In this document: positions 58,705-64,000 of the stretch, one piece after another
Position numbering within the stretch: position 1 is the stretch's first letter
Layout: every line of letters starts with the position of its first letter
Assembly: GCA_049317285.1 (NCBI GenBank)
Contig: JBMOIO010000001.1
Location: 20,388-84,387 of the forward strand
Direction: 5' to 3'
DNA: 64,000 nt
Source: Minisyncoccia bacterium
GTDB lineage: Bacteria; Patescibacteriota; Minisyncoccia; Phycocordibacterales; UBA9973
Notes under the pieces: generated by a model
The model's database searches: none
Seen by the model: only the letters and a program-made list of their open reading frames with translations
What the model was told of the DNA's origin: nothing
Made by a program: the position numbers and the translations under genes

Positions 58705-59859
58705 TTAAGAAGTTACCACGTTTAATTTTCTAGTATCTAAAAACCAGAAGTAAATAAATATGATTCCGACAGACAAGAATATAAGCGGTAAATAATTATG
58801 AAGAAGTATTGCTATAGAAAATAATATTAGTCTACCGAGTACCGTTGGTATTTCACGCAATACCAAGAATTGGGCATCGTCTTTGCGCGCTTGATTGTAC
58901 ATAAGTGAACTGTAAGGTACAAGAAAAACCTTTAATGACAATGTGGCAAAAATGGTAGCTATATAAAATAAATATTGATTAGGGAAAAATTCTCCAATAG
59001 CAAAATTGATAAACCACACAATGCTTACAAGAAACGCACCTATTTTTATTAGTTTATGTTTGTTCCATTGGTCAGTTAATTTTCCTAAAGTTAGCGTAAA
59101 AAATAATGATGCAACTGATGTAATTGTTCCTATGATTCCTACTTCTAAAGTGCTTGCGAGCTGTAAAAAGATAAAAATTGTCCATAGCGCCATAGCATCT
59201 TCAGCCAAGTTATCTATAATTTCTGGTACAAAATACTGCTTGTTTTTTTGCCAAATTTCTTTAAATTTTTCTTTTGAAAAAATAAAGTTTGTTTTTTCTG
59301 ACTTCAATGACAATATCGGTAGAAAAGTAAAAAATAATAAAAACATCGCAAATGCAAATAAAATATTAAATCCGTAATGTATAGCAATAAATGCCCCCAC
59401 AAGAGGCCCTGCCATAGACAAAGCTTTTGGGACAACAAAAAATTTACTCATAGATTTCCCCATGTTTTCTTCTTTGGTATTTCGAACAAAAAGAATGTTG
59501 AGGGGTATCCAGTAGAATGCAGATTCTGCACCAGAGATAATAGGGATTATATAAAAGAGCATTGGCATATCTTTCAGTCCAAACAAAAGAAGTAAAAAAT
59601 ACGTGAGCAGTAGTCCGAATCTTACATGTAGAGAATGTACTAATCCTATTTTGTTCGATACTTTAACTGTGACAAAAGCAAACAAAAGTAGGGTGGCATG
59701 ATGTATCATCATCCATATCATCACCATTTGAAAAGAGTACCCTAAGTTAAAAAGATAAATAGGAATGAATATTGCTACAAAAGACATTGCAAATCCATTC
59801 AGACTCATCATTCCTAGTACTTTATTAAAACCATTACCTGTGATGTCTTTGTTCTCCAT
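58705..59859 (-). CDS. MFS-type transporter (10-12 TM helices)
   Basis: Hydrophobicity pattern and length typical of the major facilitator superfamily; very AT-rich. Confidence 0.65.
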   Translation of the reverse strand: MENKDITGNGFNKVLGMMSLNGFAMSFVAIFIPIYLFNLGYSFQMVMIWMMIHHATLLLFAFVTVKVSNKIGLVHSLHVRFGLLLTYFLLLLFGLKDMPMLFYIIPIISGAESAFYWIPLNILFVRNTKEENMGKSMSKFFVVPKALSMAGPLVGAFIAIHYGFNILFAFAMFLLFFTFLPILSLKSEKTNFIFSKEKFKEIWQKNKQYFVPEIIDNLAEDAMALWTIFIFLQLASTLEVGIIGTITSVASLFFTLTLGKLTDQWNKHKLIKIGAFLVSIVWFINFAIGEFFPNQYLFYIATIFATLSLKVFLVPYSSLMYNQARKDDAQFLVLREIPTVLGRLILFSIAILLHNYLPLIFLSVGIIFIYFWFLDTRKLNVVTS

Positions 59860-59863
59860 ATAT

Positions 59864-60403
59864 TTAAATATTTTCTATATATCTTATCAACCGATCATAT
59901 TCCTCGGCGTGCGGTACCAACATAGATTTTTCATCTTTAGTTATTAACTTAAATTCTTCAAATTCAATCCACTTTAATTCCGAAACTTCCTCATCAGAAT
60001 GCATTTGAGAAAGTTCAATATCCATATGAACTACATATACATCTTGAAACTCATTGTTTACATATGTCCCTTTATTCAAAATAATATTTTCTTTGAGGGT
60101 GCATAAGAATATAAAAGCCTCATCAGGTAGAGACAATCCGAGTTCTTCTTTTGTTTCCATCTGAGCCCCTTCCAAGCTCGTCTGACCTGCAGAGATGTGA
60201 CCAGCAGCGGAAATATCCCAATAATCAGGGTAAGCTAGTTTATTACTAGCCCTTTTTTGAAGCAGTATTTGTTTTTTTGAATTCACAAACCAAACATGAG
60301 CTGTTCGGTGAATAAAACCCTCTCGATGAACCTCATCGTAAGATTTAGACTCACCAGTTTTTTCACCTTTCTTATTTAATATGTCGAGATATTCGTCCGC
60401 CAT
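59864..60403 (-). CDS. NUDIX hydrolase (isopentenyl-diphosphate isomerase-like)
   Basis: HRTAHVWFVN...YWDISAAGHISAGQTSLEGAQMETKEELGL; start at MADEYL (cat 60401-60403). Confidence 0.7.
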   Translation of the reverse strand: MADEYLDILNKKGEKTGESKSYDEVHREGFIHRTAHVWFVNSKKQILLQKRASNKLAYPDYWDISAAGHISAGQTSLEGAQMETKEELGLSLPDEAFIFLCTLKENIILNKGTYVNNEFQDVYVVHMDIELSQMHSDEEVSELKWIEFEEFKLITKDEKSMLVPHAEEYDRLIRYIENI

Positions 60404-60407
60404 ATAT

Positions 60408-60614
60408 TTATTTGAGCAATTCATTAACCGAAACCCCGACCGCTTTCGCCAATTTTGCAATTGTCGCAAGTGTTGGATTCGTTTTTCCGTTTTCTATTGT
60501 ACTAATAAAACCGCGACTTACTTCCAGTTCGCGAGCAATATCTCCCTGCGAAATACCTTTCTTGGTTCTGATCCTTTTCAAGTTCAGACCCAATTTTGCA
60601 GATTCGTTTATCAT
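60408..60614 (-). CDS. XRE-family HTH transcriptional regulator (68 aa)
   Basis: MINESAKLGLNLKRIRTKKGISQGDIARELEVSRGFISTIENGKTNPTLATIAKLAKAVGVSVNELLK; the ORF-track N-terminal extension runs through the repeat and the tRNA and is rejected. Confidence 0.65.
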   Translation of the reverse strand: MINESAKLGLNLKRIRTKKGISQGDIARELEVSRGFISTIENGKTNPTLATIAKLAKAVGVSVNELLK

Positions 60615-60675
60615 TATCCACAGTATATCGCATTGGTATAGTATATCACAATGATATGATATAATGTAACTATGA

Positions 60676-60902
60676 CGGCGAAGCAAAACCAAAAATTTCC
60701 TTTCCATTTTTTGTCGGCTCCCCCACACCCCCCGCCGAAAATCTAAAAGAAAGGTAAGGAAAATTTTTGGTTTTTGCTCCCGCGACCGAAGGGAGCGGAC
60801 GAGGCGTGCATCACTCCTCATCAGGATTGCTTTCAAAAAAGGTTCGAATTTTGTACAATGAATACCGCAAAATAGGGAGCACGAAGTGCGACCATATTTT
60901 GC
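60676..60902 (-). repeat. 228-bp inverted repeat, copy B (begins at the first nucleotide after the tRNA-Ser 3' end)
   Basis: Reverse complement matches 57177-57406. Confidence 0.85.
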
Positions 60903-60988
60903 GGAGGATGGGAGATTCGAACTCCCGAGGGCATTACTACCCTGCCACGTTTCCAACATGGTGCACTAGACCGCTATGCGAATCCTCC
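60903..60988 (-). tRNA. tRNA-Ser(GGA), long variable arm, CCA not encoded
   Basis: Minus strand GGAGGAT TC GCAT...CCATG TTGGAAA CGTGG C AGGG tagtaatg CCCT C GGGAG TTCGAAT CTCCC ATCCTCC; acceptor 7 bp, T arm canonical, anticodon GGA. Confidence 0.8.
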
Positions 60989-61006
60989 AAGCAACTAAAC
61001 TTACCA

Positions 61007-61903
61007 CTACTGAGCCATTTCGTGCAAGCGGGCGATGCGCTTCTCGGCTGGTGGGTGCGTCATAAACAAATGCGCAATACCGCTTGCCGCCTTTCCTCCA
61101 AAGGGATTACTAATGTACATGTGGGCCGTCGCATTTGTTGCGTTTGCCATTGGTCGACCATAGCTTGAGATTTTTGCAAGCGCATTCGCCAAACCCTCAG
61201 GATAGCGGGTAAGGAGTGCACCAGTTGCGTCCGCCAAGTATTCACGCTTTCGGGAAATCGCGAGCTGTATCATAACTGCAATAATCGGCGAGAGGATAAC
61301 AAAAATAATGCCGATAATCGCAATAATATTATTTCCTTTATTATCATTGTCACTGTGCATCCCACCAAAAAGCAAACTCCTTGAAACCATATCCGCAATG
61401 ATAGAAATAAAGCCGACAAGCACTGCGACCATGCTTTGGAGCAAAATATCTTTGTTACCAATATGTGCAAGCTCGTGCGCAATCACGCCTTCAAGCTCGT
61501 TGCGCTCGAGTAGTGCAAGCAAGCCTTCGGTTACTGCAACTGACGCATGTTTTGCGTTGCGCCCCGTAGCAAATGCATTCGGGGCAGGGTCCGGAATAAT
61601 ATACACTCCTGGCTTTGGAAGTCCGGCGGTGATAGAGAGGTTTTCAACAATGCGATGAAGCTCAGCATACTGCTCTACTCGGGCCGGCACAGCATGTGCA
61701 AGGCGAAGCGCTATCTTGTCGGAGAACCAATAGCTTGTGATATTCATCACGACCGCAAAGACAATCGCTATAGTCACAATCCCTGGGTTGTTATAGTACG
61801 CTGACAGGAAATACCCGATAGCGAGCACAACCGCCACAAAGACTCCGACAAGGAGCCATGTTTTTGTAACATTTTCAGCTTTGTGCGTATAAATTGTGGC
61901 CAT
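61007..61903 (-). CDS. htpX: zinc metalloprotease HtpX (M48)
   Basis: HELAHIGNKD (HExxH) and four TM helices. Confidence 0.85.
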   Translation of the reverse strand: MATIYTHKAENVTKTWLLVGVFVAVVLAIGYFLSAYYNNPGIVTIAIVFAVVMNITSYWFSDKIALRLAHAVPARVEQYAELHRIVENLSITAGLPKPGVYIIPDPAPNAFATGRNAKHASVAVTEGLLALLERNELEGVIAHELAHIGNKDILLQSMVAVLVGFISIIADMVSRSLLFGGMHSDNDNKGNNIIAIIGIIFVILSPIIAVMIQLAISRKREYLADATGALLTRYPEGLANALAKISSYGRPMANATNATAHMYISNPFGGKAASGIAHLFMTHPPAEKRIARLHEMAQ

Positions 61904-61920
61904 GAGAAACTACTAGAGAT

Positions 61921-62472
61921 TTAGAACTTCACTTCAACAACTTGAGATTCTACTCCGTCGTCTGGAATATCAAAGTATTCTTTTGAAGTGAATGAGAACA
62001 GCTTGCCGACAACATTTGAAGGTGCAGTTTCAAGCTTGGTGTTGTAGTCGCGAACATTGCCATTGAAGAAACGACGTGCTGCTTGGATTTTGTTTTCAGT
62101 GTCAGAGAGCTCGCGCTGAAGTTCAAGGAAGTTCGTATTCGCCTTAAGGTCTGGGTAGGCTTCACTGATTGCAAAGAGGCTTTTGAGTGTTCCAGAAAGT
62201 TCGCCTTCTGCTTTTGAGTGCTCAGCTGCTGTACCTGCCTGCATTGCCTGGCTTCGGGCTGCTGTTACCTTTTCAAAAACACCAGACTCATGTGCAGCAT
62301 ATCCTTTAACCGTATTAATTAAGTTCGGAATCAGGTCATAGCGACGCTTGAGCTGAACCTCAATATCCGCCCACGCTTCTTCCACGCGATTTCTAATAGT
62401 GACAAAACCGTTATAGGTAACGATAAACCACAGTACGAGAACAGCTACAATTGCAATTATTATCCATGTCAT
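61921..62472 (-). CDS. lemA: LemA family protein
   Basis: MTWIIIAIVAVLVLWFIVTYNGFVTIRNRVEEAWADIEVQLKRRYDLIPNL. Confidence 0.8.
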   Translation of the reverse strand: MTWIIIAIVAVLVLWFIVTYNGFVTIRNRVEEAWADIEVQLKRRYDLIPNLINTVKGYAAHESGVFEKVTAARSQAMQAGTAAEHSKAEGELSGTLKSLFAISEAYPDLKANTNFLELQRELSDTENKIQAARRFFNGNVRDYNTKLETAPSNVVGKLFSFTSKEYFDIPDDGVESQVVEVKF

Positions 62473-62491
62473 ACAGTCAGCATAGCACGGG

Positions 62492-62531
62492 CACAAAAAC
62501 CCGCAAGGAAGATTCCGTGCGGGTTTTTGTA
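62492..62531 (-). terminator. terminator after secF
   Basis: acaaaaacccgca aggaagattccg tgcgggtttttgt. Confidence 0.6.
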
Positions 62532-62542
62532 TTGAAATACGC

Positions 62543-63433
62543 TTATTTTTCCTTCTTTTGCGCCTGTTCCATCACTACCAAAAGCGGACTTGCCAAGAAT
62601 ATTGATGAATACGTCCCGAAGAACATACCGATTGCAAGCACTGTTGCGAAAAGTTGGGTGCTTTCCGGTCCAAATACTGCGAGAGAAATAACCATCACCA
62701 GCACAACAACCGAAGTGTTCACTGATCGAGCAAAGGTCTCTTTCAAGCTCTCTCCCACAAGCTCGGGAAACGGCTGTTTTTTATTGTTGCCAAGATGTTC
62801 GCGGACACGGTCAAATACCACAATGGTGTCAGAAATTGAAAGTGCGAGCGTTGTAAGGAGTGCCACAATAAACAACGTATCGAGCTCAGCTCCCGTAAAA
62901 TGCGCAATTGTAGCGAATGCCCCTAACGGAATAACAATGTCGTGTACCAAGGCCAAAATTACAGCGAGGCCAAACTTCCATGACGACACTGGTTCGGAAA
63001 CCTTTCGGAATGCGTAAGCAACAAAACAGATAATTGCAAGCAGCGACAATAGGACCGCAATAATCGCTTTGTTTCGAAGTTCTGCCCCTACAGATGGTCC
63101 AATCATGGTAAAGCCCTGCTGGACCACTTCTCCTGTTGTACCAACAGCACGAACAACTTCAGCACGACCTTCTTCTGTGAGCTCCCTGTTTTTGATGATA
63201 ATAGTACTCTCTCCTGTCGGCTGAACTACGGCATCTTCATAACCGGCAAGTACGAGTGCTTCTTTAATGACAGAAACTTCAGGTCGAGCAGTAATATAAG
63301 AAAGCTCCAATGATGAACCACCCTTGAAATCAATCCCCAACGGAAGACCAAAGAATGCAACTGCTCCGAGAGAAACGGTCATGAGGAATAAAGAGAGTGC
63401 GATGAAAAATTTTCTGTACTGAATGATAAACAT
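62543..63433 (-). CDS. secF: protein translocase subunit SecF
   Basis: Six TM helices; SecF core LALVHDIVIPLGAFATI...LSISDTIVVFDRVRE. Confidence 0.9.
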   Translation of the reverse strand: MFIIQYRKFFIALSLFLMTVSLGAVAFFGLPLGIDFKGGSSLELSYITARPEVSVIKEALVLAGYEDAVVQPTGESTIIIKNRELTEEGRAEVVRAVGTTGEVVQQGFTMIGPSVGAELRNKAIIAVLLSLLAIICFVAYAFRKVSEPVSSWKFGLAVILALVHDIVIPLGAFATIAHFTGAELDTLFIVALLTTLALSISDTIVVFDRVREHLGNNKKQPFPELVGESLKETFARSVNTSVVVLVMVISLAVFGPESTQLFATVLAIGMFFGTYSSIFLASPLLVVMEQAQKKEK

Positions 63434-63452
63434 GATAAAACGTTATGATTGA

Positions 63453-64000
63453 TTATGATCGAAAGCCGCTACTAAAAAGAAATTTTCCAATGCGCGTGTT
63501 CTCCATCTTTGGAAGTGATACGAGAAAGAGCTTTGTAATAGTGATTGCACTGATAAGGCTCACGAGAACACCGAGACCAAGCGTTAGGGCGAAGCCCTTG
63601 ATCAGTGATGACCCGAACCAGAACAATATTACAGCAATAATAATGCTCGCGATATTTGCGTCCCGGATAGAGTGCCATGCGCGGGCAAAGCCGTCATTGA
63701 GTGCGTCGTTGTTTTTCTTTCCGTGTGCGCGTTCTTCGCGGAAGCGCTCAAAGATGAGAATGTTTGCGTCAACCGCAATACCGATTGAAATGATAAATCC
63801 AGCAATTCCGGCCGCAGTAAGGGTTACTGGAATAAGCTTGTAGAGTGCGAGTGTCATGATGACATAGAGCGCAAGGGCGAGCACTGCCACAATTCCCGGC
63901 AACCGGTACCAGAGAATAAGGAGTACTGCCACGACAATAAAACCGATAAGTGCGGCCTGTATACCAGAGAGGATAGCATCAGTCCCCAGTGTTGCTCCCA
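63453..64000 (-). CDS. secD: protein translocase subunit SecD, C-terminal part (5' end runs off window end)
   Basis: ...GIAGFIISIGIAVDANILIFERFREE... SecD/F RND-like motif; reading frame continues open to position 64000. Confidence 0.85.
   Translation of the reverse strand, partial: GATLGTDAILSGIQAALIGFIVVAVLLILWYRLPGIVAVLALALYVIMTLALYKLIPVTLTAAGIAGFIISIGIAVDANILIFERFREERAHGKKNNDALNDGFARAWHSIRDANIASIIIAVILFWFGSSLIKGFALTLGLGVLVSLISAITITKLFLVSLPKMENTRIGKFLFSSGFRS

Larger units (their letters stand above)
57088..60902. mobile_element. putative tRNA-Ser-associated low-GC genomic island (cargo only, no recombinase)
   Basis: Bounded on the right by the tRNA-Ser 3' end (60903) and on the left by partial direct copies of the tRNA 3' terminus (ttgcggaggtggg at ~57086, gcggagg at ~57131); interior 57420-60650 is markedly AT-rich. 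Confidence 0.4.

Noticed and set aside
60615-60959. Long N-terminal extension of ORF 60408-60959, and the mirror ORF 57167-57421, sharing 60 identical aa
   Set aside because: The shared residues are just the translated 228-bp inverted repeat. The extension reads through tRNA-Ser, and the repeat boundaries do not coincide with ORF boundaries. Only the 68-aa HTH (60408-60614) is credible.

Overview
This window reads as a bacterial chromosomal segment of about 50% GC. It carries small-genome housekeeping genes and several low-GC patches that look horizontally acquired.

Housekeeping content: partial gyrA at the 5' edge, rpsA, pth, lepB, hisS, def-fmt, pyruvate kinase-hpf, dnaE, secA, nrdB-nrdA, a mur cluster (murF, murB, murA, murC/mpl, murE), smc, rnc, nusB, rpmF, thrS, gyrB, a UvrD-type helicase-nuclease, htpX, lemA, secF and partial secD at the 3' edge. 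RNA genes on the minus strand: a 16S rRNA with no linked 23S/5S, RNase P RNA (rnpB), tRNA-Ser(GGA), and a split tRNA-Asn(GUU).

Three type IV pilin-like genes, short SMC (759 aa) and pyruvate kinase (355 aa), rare SD motifs and an unlinked 16S are reminiscent of Patescibacteria/CPR-like genomes, but that is inference only.

Most notable observations:
1. tRNA-Asn(GUU) is interrupted in its anticodon loop by a 557-nt group I intron. The intron carries the conserved P7 R/S elements and encodes an HNH homing endonuclease.
2. A low-GC cargo island of about 3.8 kb abuts the 3' end of tRNA-Ser. It is bounded by a 228-bp near-perfect inverted repeat, carries att-like partial tRNA-end repeats at its far side, and has no integrase.
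3. An XRE-type HTH domain is fused to MurA, and a 46-bp perfect palindrome sits exactly between the divergent murB and HTH-murA start codons.
4. A NusB-NUDIX fusion protein.
5. NrdB carries an N-terminal ATP-cone while NrdA lacks one.
6. The 16S 3' tail lacks the CCUCC anti-SD, and the 16S also carries a tandem-hairpin expansion.

Genes that run off the window edges (gyrA, secD) are absent from the supplied ORF track and were found by direct translation. All coordinates come from manual reading and may be off by a few nucleotides.
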